Assembly: GCA_964016885.1 (NCBI GenBank)
Contig: OZ024741.1
Coordinates: 192,386,001 to 192,450,000 of the forward strand
Source of the DNA: Eledone cirrhosa
Taxonomy: Eukaryota
Direction of reading: 5' to 3'
Length of the DNA: 64,000 bases
The notes under the pieces: generated by a model
The model's input: the letters and a program-made list of their open reading frames with translations, nothing else
Databases searched by the model: none
What the model was told of the DNA's origin: nothing
Part shown: positions 45,193-59,170 of the stretch, piece after piece
Numbering within the stretch: the stretch's first letter is position 1
How the letters are laid out: every line of letters begins with the position of its first letter
Position numbers and translations under genes: made by a program

Positions 45193-45965
45193 TACGTAAC
45201 TGTCTTTATCCCATTGCAGAAACTAATTAGTTGGAGTGAAAATTTTAGTAAGTAAGTTAATTTTTTAAATCTTTTTAAAAATTTTCTTATTTTACGTCCT
45301 TCATATTATTGTTCTGCATCCTCCTGCATTGAACCACCTAGGTACTATGACATAACTTATGTATTTGCTAGCATTAGCGTACATCTGTACGCATATGTTA
45401 GTAGATATACTAAATTCTCTATATTTATCTCCAAATTATTTATTTGTTGAGCAAACCTGCCAAAACCACTACTAATTCATTGGTGTGGTAGTAGGCTTCT
45501 GTCATCCTACCATCCCACTCCTTCCAACTAGCCTCAGTGTCACGTGATTGATTCTTTAGAATCTGCCATTTGAACAGAGACAGCGAGCTTTTCAGTGCAT
45601 GGAATCCAGTCCCCGCTAGCTGTTCCATCTACCGAATTATTATTATTTTTATATGAGTCCCCAGTGTCCGCGCATTGCCTGGAGACTTAGCTGAGAATAG
45701 ACTCCCTGATGACGCAATGAATTCTCGACGGTTATATTACGTAACTGTCTTTATCCCATTGCAGAAACTAATTAGTTGGAGTGAACATTTTAGTAAGTAA
45801 GTTAATTTTTTAAATCTTTTTAAAAATTTTCTTATTTTACGTCCTTCATATTATTGTTCTGCATCCTCCTGCATTGAACCACCTAGGTACTATGACATAA
45901 CTTATGTATTTGCTAGCATTAGCGTACATCTGTACGCATATGTTAGTTGATATACTAAATTCTCT
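45193..45965 (+). mobile_element. Retrozyme/pLTR-like non-coding element, ~1.4 copies of a 545-bp unit
   Basis: 45193-45420 is repeated almost exactly at 45738-45965. Contains an HHR; flanked by (TA)n. Confidence 0.75.
45701..45782 (+). ncRNA. Type I hammerhead ribozyme
   Basis: ACTCC-CTGATGA-C-GCAATG...CATTGC-A-GAAAC-TAATTA-GTT^GGAGT; all three stems pair. Confidence 0.8.
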
Positions 45966-46307
45966 CTCTCGCTCTCTATATATATATATGGAGGAGGTTA
46001 TATCTCGAAAATTAAGGACATTTAAATAAATTCAAGGTGAAAGACGAATTCACATCAATATCTTTCACTATTGCATTCTTTTTTCTATGTCCATACCTGC
46101 ATTGTCTTGGCCTTATTACACATATTCTAACGTTTATATATATATATATATAAGTAAGATGTATGGTAGGTCGTATGTGAATCGCGATGATCACGTCTGA
46201 CTTACCAAATATGTGACGGTAGCTAGTTAAGCTCTATGCGTATACGCAGAGCAGAAATATTAGTGAAAAAGAACAAAGGAACTATTATGACATTATAACA
46301 AGTTTAT

Positions 46308-46354
46308 TGCCGACAGCCGTTTCGTCCGACCCCATGGTGGGACTTATCAAGGCA
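46308..46354 (-). ncRNA. Type I hammerhead ribozyme, U3-A8 core variant
   Basis: TGCC-TTGATAA-GTCC...GGAC-GAAAC-GGCT-GTC^GGCA-ATAAA. Confidence 0.7.
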
Positions 46355-47284
46355 TATAACATGTGATTGCAAGATCATTGTTTACATCAACGTATCACTC
46401 AAGGCTAGCAGTTTGAAATTGTTGTATACATCAACAACTCCGCTTGTATAGTTGCGGTCAATATTCTAAGGGGGGCTCTTTTATATTAGTTGTCGGGGTC
46501 AGGGATTGAAGTTTAAAAATTAGACAAAAATATATAATTTACGCATCAACATTAAACTATAAGACTTGGGGTCCCGTAGAAGCACCTTAGAAAATCCCTC
46601 AATGAGTTCATAAAGCTTACAGGCTCCAATAAACCTATTAGACTAGAAGAAAATTAAGAGGCTAATAAAATAAGAAAATAAAAATATAAAGTTTCCCTAA
46701 AAAATATATAAAGTTCCTATGAAATTTCTTCTAGAGAAAAAAATTTTTTTCCGAAAGAAAAAAACCTTCTTCCCCCGAGATCACGTTTACAAAATTCAGA
46801 AAACTGAATTGAAAACTAGGTTGAAAGAAACTAATCAATTAGAGGTTAATTCAGAGAGCCTTCCATAAATCTCTCAGAAAAGGCCCCTTTAATATTTCCA
46901 ATAGGAACTTCTTCCGAGAGACCCTTCGAAGAATTAAAATTTTAGAGAGCCTTTAAGGATAAATATAAAAACGAATTGAGGAAAATTATACATTAAAAGT
47001 TAAAAATTAAAAATTACGGTATTTGGGATATCCGAGGAATTTTCAAAGGGCTGCTTCAACAGATACAACTTAGGCATAATAGATACAATAATCTAAGCAA
47101 TTTAAGTAATTTAATTAGGGAGCAATTCAAGGAGTTTATCAAGTTGGGCAAGATTAAAGAAAGTGGTAACTAAGAAAATACATAAGCAAAAAGACAATAA
47201 TTATAAAATGTATCTTTAAGAAGGTATAAGGTAGCTTCAGTGATCTAACCATGTATTATCACAAAAAAAAACATTCTAAAATTA

Positions 47285-47465
47285 TTGATACAGGATTAAA
47301 AATTATTACAAAATTATTACAAAATTACCACAAAATCATTACAAAATTATCAAATCATCACAAAATTACCACAAAATCATTACAAAATTATCAAATTATC
47401 ATAAAATTATCGCAAAATTATTACAAAATTATCATAAAATTATTACAAAATTATCACAAAGTTAT
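47285..47465. repeat. Degenerate 11-12 bp minisatellite (ACAAAATTAT-like)
   Basis: Direct reading. Confidence 0.75.
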
Positions 47466-48378
47466 TGATACAGGATCAACAAAGACAACAATATATATTC
47501 CTGCCCAATCAACAAGTAATCAGAACACTATTAACGGTCAGGCAAAATTAGCTCAGGGATATCCTGCGCTCGGATACTTTACACACACACAGCAACACAT
47601 AGGACTAGCACAGACACAATGGTACATTCTTGCCTAAATAACAAACAATTGATTAACAATTGATGGTCAAGAAAATGTACTCAGGGATATCCCGCGCACT
47701 GATATTTACATACATATAACAGGATGAACAGTAGTGGTGACCGTGTGGGCGCGATATCCATTCTGCCTATGCAGTCCCCTGCATAGCTCCAGGCACGATA
47801 TCCATTATGCGTATGCAGTCATCTGCATAGCTCCAGGCGCAGCTGGTCTTGTTTAAACGTTCATAGATCACCTGGGGTTCACTATTATCTGCGTGGACTC
47901 TCTGGGAGATGTACCTGTGGATCTAATAGCCAGTGGTTGCCGGATGTGGTCCGTTCGATCTTTTAGTTTCAGGGGTTGAACGCTTTCGCGATAGACGAGC
48001 CTGCCGGTTCTAAGTCCAAGGTTTCGCTACGCAGGATGTATTGGTCTACATGCTATATCGTTAAAAAACCAGTGTGGATTTGACTGGGGTGGTATATTAC
48101 GAACTCCAAGTCCACACGCGACTGGTCAAAAGCGAAGGGCTGTCCTCTCTTTGTTTGCTGTATGGGTCGGTCTCAGCTTAGATGGTGGTCGTGTTATCCA
48201 TATTCCGTCAGCCCTGTATATTCAAGACAGATCAGGGTATGTATTTGCGGGTATGGTCCTGCGTCTACGTTATCCAGAGGGTCTCTTTTACTCTTTTACC
48301 TGTCCAGCCATCCGACTGAGGCCATGCTGAGGCACCGCCCTTGTTGCTACACATTTTATCTCCAGCCTGTGTTGGTTG

Positions 48379-48451
<73 letters not shown>

Positions 48452-48605
48452 AGGGAGTGTAACTTGGAGTTACTGTAGGTTCACCCGAGTAAGCACTCGA
48501 TGTTTAGGTTCACTTCAGTGTAGAGGTGTAGAGCTAGACAGAGTGTATTATAGTGAAATAAGATAACAAAGACGATTGGTTACTCCTTCATTACGTTTAT
48601 TGGTT

Positions 48606-48690
48606 GGTGACGCGCGTTTCGTCACTGATCAGCTCAAGGTTCGATCTGTATCGATCTGACCCAACTCTGTAATTCGCGGCTCGTCAGACC
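48606..48690 (-). ncRNA. Type I hammerhead ribozyme
   Basis: GGT-CTGACGA-GCCGC...GTGAC-GAAAC-GCGC-GTC^ACC; one stem II mismatch. Confidence 0.7.
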
Positions 48691-49155
48691 CCTTATAATG
48701 TTAATGGCAAAATGAATATACATGCTGTATGATAAAGTCAGTTGTTTCTATGGTGGTCAGTGAAGTTTGTTTTGATTGGTGGATTAATTGATAGGGATGT
48801 TTTTGCCTGTAGTGTATGTGGTGGTAGTGGTGGTGGTGGTGGTGGTGGGGGGGGGGGATAAGTGTATGTGCCGGTCGTTGGTTGAAGTGGGTGGCGGTGT
48901 GGGGGCGCTGGTTGTCGGTAGACAGTTTGGCATGTAGATGTGGCTGATGTTTGTGTGTGGTGTGGGTGTGGTGTTGTTATTTGTGATAAAGATGAAAGGT
49001 TGCGGTGTTAATGGTAGGGTGATATTTGTGGTAGTGGATTGTTAAGGGGGTTCATTCTATAAGGAGATACGTATATACACACGCAGCCTGACCACCATAG
49101 GATTTTCTGACTTTATCATACAGTATGTATTCATTTTGCCATTAACATTACAAGG

Positions 49156-49240
49156 GGTCTGACGAGCCGCCTATTACAGAGTCGGGTCAGATTGATACAG
49201 ATCGAACCTTCAGCTGATCAGTGGCGAAACGCGCGTCACC
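49156..49240 (+). ncRNA. Type I hammerhead ribozyme
   Basis: GGT-CTGACGA-GCCGC...GTGGC-GAAAC-GCGC-GTC^ACC. Confidence 0.8.
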
Positions 49241-49386
49241 AACCAATAAACGTAATGAAGGAGTAACCAATCGTCCTTGTTATTTTATTTCACTATAATA
49301 CACTCTGTCTAGCTCTACACCTCGACACTGAAGTGAACCTAAACATCGAGGGCTCACCCGGATGAACCTACAGTTACACTCCCTGG

Positions 49387-49472
<86 letters not shown>

Positions 49473-50127
49473 TTATATATACAACCACACATGGTTGATA
49501 ATGTATTAAATATATCTTTCCACACGTCACTTCTGCTGACTAGTATTTGTATTTCTGTCAGACGTTTGTCTCTTGATTCTAGAAATACCAACAACTCATG
49601 CCAAAAAGACAACAGGTGATGAAAAATAAACACAAAAAACAACAACAACAACAACAACCATAAAACAAAACAAAAACAAAACAAGAAAAACAAACAAAAA
49701 CGAGAATCAAACAAACAAAATACAAAAAAGCAACAACAAAAATAAAATAAACAAAACAAAAAAAAATCAATAAATTTCCGATGTCTGGTGATCCTACTAT
49801 TTCGTATTTTTATATTTATGCTCTCACCGCAACAATATTTATTTCAACATGGACGAAATACTAATGAGTCGTTTGACTGATCAAAGAACAAACACTAATT
49901 TAATTTGGTGGGAAATTTGAAAATAAAATTGAATAAAATAACATAAGAATAAATAAAATTCTTTTGAAATATAATTTCCGTTTTTCTCAACAATCAGATG
50001 TTAATCATTAATTACTAACTTTGTCATCGATACAAAGCTAATTTGATTTCTTCTTCGGGAGTTTCATATAATACGGCATACATTAACCCAGCTACAAGTG
50101 AAATGTCCAATGATAAACAATGGCTGT

Positions 50128-50162
<35 letters not shown>

Positions 50163-50170
50163 GCAATATG

Positions 50171-50203
<33 letters not shown>

Positions 50204-51526
50204 TGTATGTATATGTATATATATATATATATGTATATACCGTCTTCTGAATCCAGATGTGTATCTAATGAATTTCCCATTTTCAAGACGGTAATACATG
50301 TATATTGAGAAAGATTTGGCTGCTGTTTCTAGAGGTTCGAGCGACCGTGTAGAGGCTCGTTCATTGATTTTTGTTTAACTCCAAGTCAGCTCTTATTGAG
50401 TAGACCTATGATCACATCCGTTCTAGCCATGATCAAAGCCGTTCTACCCAAGTTTGTGTTATCAAACAAACTACATTAGAAAACGTAATACACTTTAAAT
50501 TGTCATTTGAGGAAGATTTGGCTATCTCTAGTTGGTAGACTGACTACGTAGAAGATGTTCTGTTGGTTCGGCTTTGCGGTGTTTGCGGCACTGGTACAGT
50601 GAAGAAACCAATAACATATAAGTAAAAGAAAATAAACCAGGAATGTAATAATTACTTTGAAAAATCAGATTGATATCATCTCTTTTTCTTTTCACCATCA
50701 AATCTTCGATCATCTGTTCAATAAATCATAATATTAAAGCATATATCCTCTTCTTTGAGAGACGTCTGTGATTGTAAAAGCCTGATTCTTCGATTATGTC
50801 CTGCCTGTTAGTTTGACCGTTACATTACACATTTGATTAGCTCAGAAGCTTTCACAGCCCTAAAATCGATAGGCTGAGGTCAGGACAGAAAAAAATTTCT
50901 GCAATTAATATTTGATGCCACAATACATTTGTTCACACTTGCTATACAATTTCTCTCTCTTTTTCTTTCTTTTTGCTCCGCAATTAAAATCATAATGACG
51001 CCCTATAGCTAAAATATTCATGGCTACCAGGTGTCAGCAGTGTCGCTTCTCATAGTTCGTGATCTGATGGCTTGAAAATAATTCACAATTATTAGACCAT
51101 CAGATTAGCTATTACGCATACATAACAGCCATAGGAGGAAATCGGAATAATTCTTGCATAAGCTGATTATGTAATTTAGAGGCAATTTCTATGCTACGAA
51201 CGAATCAACGATGATCCCAAACTGCTTATATCTCCTCCATTGATTTCAGAAAACCATATGACAGCTATATACTATTGTTTTTCTTACTTATCCTAGCTAG
51301 AGTACCATATTCTTTTCAAATTCAATTACCCTTGTGATAATTCGCAGAGTTTGAATAATTTAGTTTTCTTGATTTCATATGCCTTCATTTATACGGGAAC
51401 ACTGTGGGAGGCTTACATGAAGCCCTCACCATTCAAATGTAAAAGATCTTTTGTTGAAGGGAAGTTTATTCGTTGTAATTGCAAGTGTCTGATATGCAGA
51501 TTTCTAGCAGCAACAGCGACAGCAGC

Positions 51527-51572
<46 letters not shown>

Positions 51573-51633
51573 GCAGCAACAACAGCAGCAGTAGTAGTAG
51601 TAGTAGTAGTAGTAAAAATCACAATAGTGTTAG

Positions 51634-52436
51634 TAATAATTGTTTCTACATTTGGCACAAAGCCAGCAATTTGAAGGGAAGGGGAAAATAGATTAAATCG
51701 ACCCCAGTGCATTATTGGTACTTTATTTTACCGGCCCCTGAAGGATGAAAGACAAAGTTCACTAGGTACTATCTCAAAGAGTTTCCAAGGATGGTTAAAG
51801 AAGATTAGTCCAGCCCCGCTTTTAGGAACACTTCAAAAGGCATGTTTGCTGGGAGCAGCAAGAGCCCTCCGATACGTCCTGAATATCTGAGGCTGCAGGT
51901 AGTGGCTTGATATTCATTTCAACAAACTTTCCAGTTAACTAACATCAATGACTGAGACTCAAAGAACAATAATAATTGTTTCGACTTTAGGCACAAGGCC
52001 AGCAATTACCCAGTGCATTACTGGTACTTTATTTTATCGACCCCCAAGGATGAAAGGCCAGGATTTGAACTCAGATCGTAAAGGGACGTAACTGTGCTGG
52101 AAAGCATGGCGTCCGACCCTCTACCGATACTGCCAATCCACCGTAATGGTTTCTTATATAGGCACAAGGCCAGCAATTTTGAGGGAGGGGAAAGTCAATT
52201 AAATCGACCCAGTGCATTACTGGTACTTTATTTTATCGACCCCGTAAGGATGAAAGGCAAAGTTAACCTCGGTGGGATTTGAACTCAGATCATAAAGGGA
52301 CGCAGCTCTATGCTGGAAAGCATGGCGTCCGACCCTCTACTGATACTACCAAATCACCAATAATAATAATAATTGTTTCTACTTTTGGCACAAGGCCAGC
52401 AATTACCTAGTGCATTACTGGTACTTTATTGCACTG

Positions 52437-52496
<60 letters not shown>

Positions 52497-52590
52497 TGTT
52501 TCTACTTTTGGCACAAGGCCAGCAATTATCAAGTGTATTACTGGTACTTTATTTTATCGACCCCGTAAGGATGAAAGGCAAAGTTAACCT
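51634..52590 (-). mobile_element. Cluster of about five full or partial SINEs in (TAA)n
   Basis: Repeated SINE tails and cores at 51634, 51969, 52146, 52370 and 52495. Confidence 0.8.
51762..51975 (+). mobile_element. 3' end of a Dong/R4-like RLE element with a TAA tail
   Basis: LGTISKSFQGWLKKI...LQKACLLGAARALRYVLNI*, then a short UTR and AATAATAAT. Confidence 0.65.
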
Positions 52591-52665
52591 AATAATAATA
52601 ATAATAATAATAATAACAATAATAAAAGTAATAATAGTTATAGCAGCAATAACTATCTATCTACC

Positions 52666-52775
<110 letters not shown>

Positions 52776-52776
52776 A

Positions 52777-52832
<56 letters not shown>

Positions 52833-53211
52833 CGGGGGACATAGATATATAACATATATTCCCTTAGAATTTAAGAAATAAACCTGGCAGTGTGCCTGGG
52901 TGTCTAGAAAAAAAAATCGTTAACATCATCTCCTTCTCGCAGACAGACACCAACACTTCCTATTTCAATTGATGTCTTAATACTTTTCGCAATCGATTTA
53001 TTTCCATTTTCATCCATTTTCTGTGTCTCTTTATAAACCATTTAACAGATGTTTCATTTCCAATATAATATCTCCTGACAGATGTTTCCTGTATAGTATC
53101 TTCTAACATATTTTTTTTTATTTAGTATCGTCTAATGGATGTAGTATCTTCTATACTACTTTATACCCAGTTTAGTGAATCATAGCGTTGTTAGTTAAAG
53201 ATTTTCAATGG

Positions 53212-53471
53212 TCTTCTTCTTCTTCTTCTTCTTCTTCTTCTTCTTCTTCTTCTTCTTCTTCTTCTTCTTCTTCTTCTTCTTCTTCTTCTTCTTCTTCTTC
53301 TTTTTCTCCTCCTCCTCCTCCTTCTTCTTCTTCTTCTTCTTCTTCTTCTTCTTCTTCTTCTTCTTCTTCTTCTTCTTCTTCTTCTTCTTCTTCTTCTTCT
53401 TCTTCTTCTTCTTCTTCTTCTTCTTCTTCTTCTTCTTCTTCTTCTTCTTCTTCTTCTTCTTCTTCTTCTTC
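53212..53471. repeat. (TTC)n microsatellite
   Basis: Direct reading. Confidence 0.95.
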
Positions 53472-53754
53472 TCACAATCATCGCATTCCTTTCCTCCATA
53501 CCGCCTCTATAATATATGTTTATATTAATGTGTATACTCACAGCTGTTTTCAATTGTTAGTCTACACAACATTATATTTATATTATTTTCCAATCTCGAT
53601 TATGGGGCACCCTTTTAGATTCTACTAAATAAATATCTGATGTTTTTCGATGTATGTTCAAGCTATACATCTGAATATTTTTCTATCAGTCTATTCTATT
53701 TAAAAAAAAAGAGAACAAGTTACTAGATGTGAATTCCAGACCGATCTCACTTAC

Positions 53755-53901
53755 CTATCATATCATTAAATAATTGCGAGTGTAGTGAGGTCACGAATAA
53801 CTCACTTCTTTGAAAGTCAATCTTCTGCTCCCCAGCCAGCATGTTTTCAATGATAGCCGAGGTCGCTTGATGCAGCTTCCAGATCGATTTTATGACATTT
53901 G
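53755..53901 (-). CDS. Candidate internal exon (147 nt, phase 1-1)
   Basis: Strong donor TAG|gtaagt and an open frame NVIKSIWKLHQATSAIIENMLAGEQKIDFQRSELFVTSLHSQLFNDMI. Acceptor (aaacttag) is weak. Confidence 0.35.
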
Positions 53902-54011
53902 CTAAGTTTCATTGCACACTTTTGACCATAACCTGTTGGGTTCTATTTACCAGAAAACACTGTGTTGGACTCACTTCTCTTCATTAGAGTGACAGCCTAT
54001 GTTCTGTGTAT

Positions 54012-54830
54012 AAATCTCGCCGAGGTTAGCTTTGCCTTTCATCCTTACGGGGCGGATAATATAAAGTACCAGTAATGCACAGGGGTCGAGTTAATCGACT
54101 TTCCCCTCCCCGAAAATTGTTGGCTTTGTGTCTAAATAAGAAGCCATTATTTACATTAATGAAATCATGGACGTCATCAAATCTAGTGAATTAAGAATTT
54201 TTGAAGATGACTCTAAACTTCAGAAGGTCAGAAAGAGACAAAGCATTCCTTAAATCCGATCTATGGATTGTTATTCAATGAGAGGAAAAAACAATATGCT
54301 GTTATACGAAGAAAAACTTCTCATCCATTTGGGAAAAGAGAATCCATTTAAACAGCTATGTTATCTTCTCTCGGGAAAAGCTCCTCGTGTCATCAAGTGG
54401 CAACTTAAACTGCCTACATGAACAACAAAGTTGGCATGGCCAACAGGAAGTGTCCCTTTCCGATTTAGACATTCTATTGCTATTATACTTCTTTTCTACC
54501 ATGGCGGCTTTTCCTTGGTGGAATTAGCTCGAAAATCCCAACGTCTATTGTCTTTAACGTCACTTTGGGCACGACAGATATCATTTATATTATTATGTTA
54601 AAAATATTTCATCAACATTGGCATTCACTTAAAAATCCCCCCAAAGCTTGGTTCTTTGGTTATGCGTTCTTTAAAACATAAAGTTACAACAGAACAATTT
54701 CACCTCAACTGACCCTACACTTGTTAACATCATACCGAAACAAATTAAATAATAAAAAGATCCTATAACTTCAAAATAACTCCTGGTTAAATTCCTTAAA
54801 GTAATATCAAGTAAAATATATACATATAGA
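54012..54830 (+). mobile_element. SINE (54012-54150) followed by a decayed CR1/Jockey-like RT 3' remnant
   Basis: SINE core; LRIFEDDSKL resembles FADDxKL. Confidence 0.5.
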
Positions 54831-55477
54831 TATTATGCAAATTAGCATGTCCAGTTCTCTAGTTCTGCCACATTGCATAGATAAATAAATCATTTACGCA
54901 CTTCGTCATAAATTATAAAAGATATCGATAGCTTCTGATGAAGATCTCAGCATAGATTAAAACTCGAGCTGTACATCTCTTTCAATCCATGCAAAAAGAT
55001 ATGAATGAGAAATATATTTAATATATAAAAGATATATATATTTATATATCTAAATATATATTAAAAAAATGGGTGTTTACAGACACATTTCTGTTAGAAA
55101 ATATATGAATTTATAGTATAATTCAGCGGCTTAACGCACAATTTAATATCTAATTCAATTAAGAACCACCGTAAACACTAAAATTATGCAAATTAATTCT
55201 CTAGGTCTGGTATATTTAATAGGTATATAGTGACTTTAGTTACGAATTTTTTTTGCGGATTGTAAAAAAATGTAGATATCTTCAGATCAAGATTGAACAT
55301 GGGGTGAAGCTGTTTATATATATATATATATATATATGTGAGAAAAACCACAGACCCTCCATCTCAACTCTACTTTTGAAAAGCAGAAGAACTGCGAAAC
55401 CGGTAAAGGAACCAAATAAATATATATATTTTTTTAAAAATAAGACTCCAGTTGCATTTTCGATTTCATCTTTTTTT

Positions 55478-55518
<41 letters not shown>

Positions 55519-55587
55519 GTTATTCCGGGTTGAATCGGAGGTAACCACAGTAAGTAAGGTACTCAATACATTGCAGAGTATAAAAGT

Positions 55588-55710
55588 TTTAATATAGATG
55601 AGATTCTACAGGACTAGAACTGTTTCATTCTTTAGAAATCATCAGGAATCTCATTCCTGATGATTTCTAAAGAATGAAACAGTTCTAGTCCTGTAGAATC
55701 TCATCTATAT

Positions 55711-55714
<4 letters not shown>
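55588..55714. repeat. Perfect palindrome (62-bp arms, 3-nt spacer) containing a hammerhead on each strand
   Basis: Minus strand 55652-55600 reads GAGATTC-CTGATGA-TTTCTAAAGAAT-GAAACAG-TTCTAGTC-CTGTA^GAATCTC. The plus-strand copy keeps a 4-bp stem I. Confidence 0.8.
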
Positions 55715-55760
<46 letters not shown>

Positions 55761-55831
55761 TGTATAAATGAAGTATTTCCGTAGGAAAGGTAAAGGAAAA
55801 GAGAGTGCTCTATGTAGGCTACAGAGCTTTT

Positions 55832-56848
<1,017 letters not shown>

Positions 56849-56931
56849 CGCAACCTTCAACATATCTGTATGTGGTTGTCGGTTAAGGGAAAAGAGTACT
56901 GAATACCGAAGTAGATTTTTAATATTCATTT

Positions 56932-57420
56932 TATTGTTATACTTTGGGAGGATCGTTCTGCCAATAACAAACCACGCACCCGTTGTTTTCCACTTCAATT
57001 TATTACACACTTCCGGTTGGTTGGTTCAATAGCCGGATGGTTATTTATTTATTGTCAAAGCTCTTTCGCCACACATTCTATGGCCTCTTCAGTAACTGAT
57101 TTGTTATTTTGTCTCTCCTTTGTTCTGTCCTACACCATCTTGTTTTTGTGTGTTGTGTGCTGTGTACTTGGTTTACGCATGCGTTATATCGGGGTGAGCG
57201 AGTTTTTATTTATTTATTTATTTGTCATTAAGGAGGTCTCAGAATGTGAGACGAAATAGCCTTGACAATAAATAAACAGCCACCCGGTTATTGAATCAAC
57301 CAACTGGAAATTTGTAATAAATTGAAGGGAAAACCAATAGGTGCGTGTGTTTTTATTGGCAGCATGACCCTCCCAAAATATAACAATATCTGTTACAACA
57401 CAAGTTTTCAAATAAGAAAT
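56932..57420. mobile_element. MITE related to 44780-45170
   Basis: 56932-57060 is inverted to 57260-57390. Confidence 0.7.
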
Positions 57421-57442
57421 CGTGGAAAACAAATTCAAAAAC

Positions 57443-57521
<79 letters not shown>

Positions 57522-57579
57522 CTGTATGTATGTATGTATGTAGGTGTATATCTTTATAAGTATGTATGTATATATATAT

Positions 57580-58200
57580 ATATTATTACTAAATGATCGG
57601 AGGCCATAATCAATAGATTCAAGTTTACTTAACACCTATGCATATTTCACTGAGGACTATCAGTTATGATAGCCTGAGCTCTTCAGACGGCAAAACCTAT
57701 AAAAACTAGAAAATGTTGAAAGTTCTTTAAAAAAATCTTTAACTTAAAAAAAAAACCCAGTGGTCGGCTGTTGAAGAAACAACACCACGCGTTCGGCCGG
57801 CCCCCTTTATCAAGAAAAGAAAATATTTTTCGAGGAAATTATTTGTTTTTTTTAAATTTAAAAATTGATTTTTTGAGGAACCTTGCAAGTTTTCAAGTTT
57901 TTATAGGTTTTGCCACCTGAAGAGCTCAGGTTATCGGTAGAGGGTCGGACGCAATGCTTTCCAGCATAGTTACGTCCCTTTACGATCTGAGTTCAAATCC
58001 CGCCGAGGTTGACTTTGCCTTTCATCCTTACGGGGTCGATAAAATAAAGTACCAGTAATGCACTGGGTATTTGCTGGCCTTGTGCCTAAATTAGAAACAG
58101 TTATCATAATAACTGATTGTAGTCAGTAGAATATGTATAACGGAATTTTAGATAAATCTGAATCAACTGATTATGGCCTCCGATCCTTTAATAATATATA
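57580..58200. mobile_element. MITE with a SINE (57932-58105) inserted in the right arm
   Basis: The left arm 57580-57715 mirrors 57888-57935 plus 58103-58200. GTTATC flanks the SINE at 57930 and 58100. Confidence 0.7.
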
Positions 58201-58715
58201 ATGTTTCGGCTTGCAGCATTTAAACAGGTCGTTGTGCGCTTCTTTTTATCTGCTTCACAACCGACATACCATAATGTGGTCCGCAAATCCATGCTCATTT
58301 AACCCAATATTCATATATATATATATATACATTATAATCCCCGTCTAAACATTATAAATACTTCCATATTCTTAAAATATATATTATAAAAAATTAAATA
58401 AATAAATAAGTATAATTATGTTATTCTTTCTAAACCCATGTATATATCTTTGGGTGTATATATGTATATTTCTATAAATAATTCTAAAATAACTGTACAA
58501 TAATTTTTCCAAATTTAATAACAAACCCTTAAAAAAATTTAAATAAGTATTTAAAATTTATCTAGCGCCTAAATTTAACGGCTCTTTTCCGTTTTAATGT
58601 TATCCTCATTAACATATTTCCCTTGAGTTTTGATCATCTCTATTCACTATCCTCACTGAACTTATAACATTAAGTTCACATGAAGATATGTCACTATCTT
58701 AACACCAATTATTAT

Positions 58716-58774
58716 ATTTTATCCGATGAAAACGTACTTAAATATTAGTACCCTTGAAATACGTATAATAAAAT
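58716..58774 (+). ncRNA. Degenerate hammerhead ribozyme (CCGATGA)
   Basis: ATTTTAT-CCGATGA-AAACGTACT...AGTACCCTT-GAAA-TACGTA-TA^ATAAAAT. Confidence 0.5.
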
Positions 58775-59041
58775 AAATATGGATTTATAAAGATATTTTC
58801 CATTTATTAATATTATTGATATTAATGATACTCCAGATAAATTCTGTTGAGTGCTTCTAATTTGTTGTAAAATTAAATTTGTTGTATAATAAACAAACCA
58901 AATAACTCATTGTTTATATATATATATATATATATATATGTCCTGGAATTTAGTCCTCGCTTGCTTTTTCCATCCACTGAATTATTTTTGTATAAGTTCC
59001 CTGTGTCCACGCATTGCCTGGGAACTTAGCTGAGAATAGAC

Positions 59042-59125
59042 CTCCCTGATGACGAAAGGATTTTTCTCCATGTTGTTCCAATCGGAAACCATGTTTATTC
59101 CTTTTCAGAAACTAATTAGTTGGAG
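59042..59125 (+). ncRNA. Type I hammerhead ribozyme, homolog of 45701-45782
   Basis: CTCC-CTGATGA-C-GAAAGGA...TCCTTTTC-A-GAAAC-TAATTA-GTT^GGAG. Flanks 58981-59176 match 45640-45850. Confidence 0.78.
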
Positions 59126-59170
59126 TGAAATTTTAGTAAGTTAATTTTTATAATTTTCTTATTTTACGTC

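Larger units (their letters stand above)
48450..49386. mobile_element. Inverted pair of PLE terminal repeats (~300 bp arms) between (TA)n tracts
   Basis: 48450-48760 is inverted to 49088-49386; each arm carries an HHR and AATAAA. Confidence 0.8.

Noticed and set aside
47285-47465. CRISPR-like array
   Set aside because: Contiguous degenerate minisatellite without unique spacers, in a eukaryotic context. The same applies to the 11-bp tandem at 63660-63702.
54928-54980. CTGATGA-AGATCT...AGATT-AAAAC as a hammerhead
   Set aside because: GAAA is missing and there is no valid NUH site with stem I.
57647-57690. CTGAGGA plus hairpin as a hammerhead
   Set aside because: No GAAA or stem III follows; it is part of a MITE arm.
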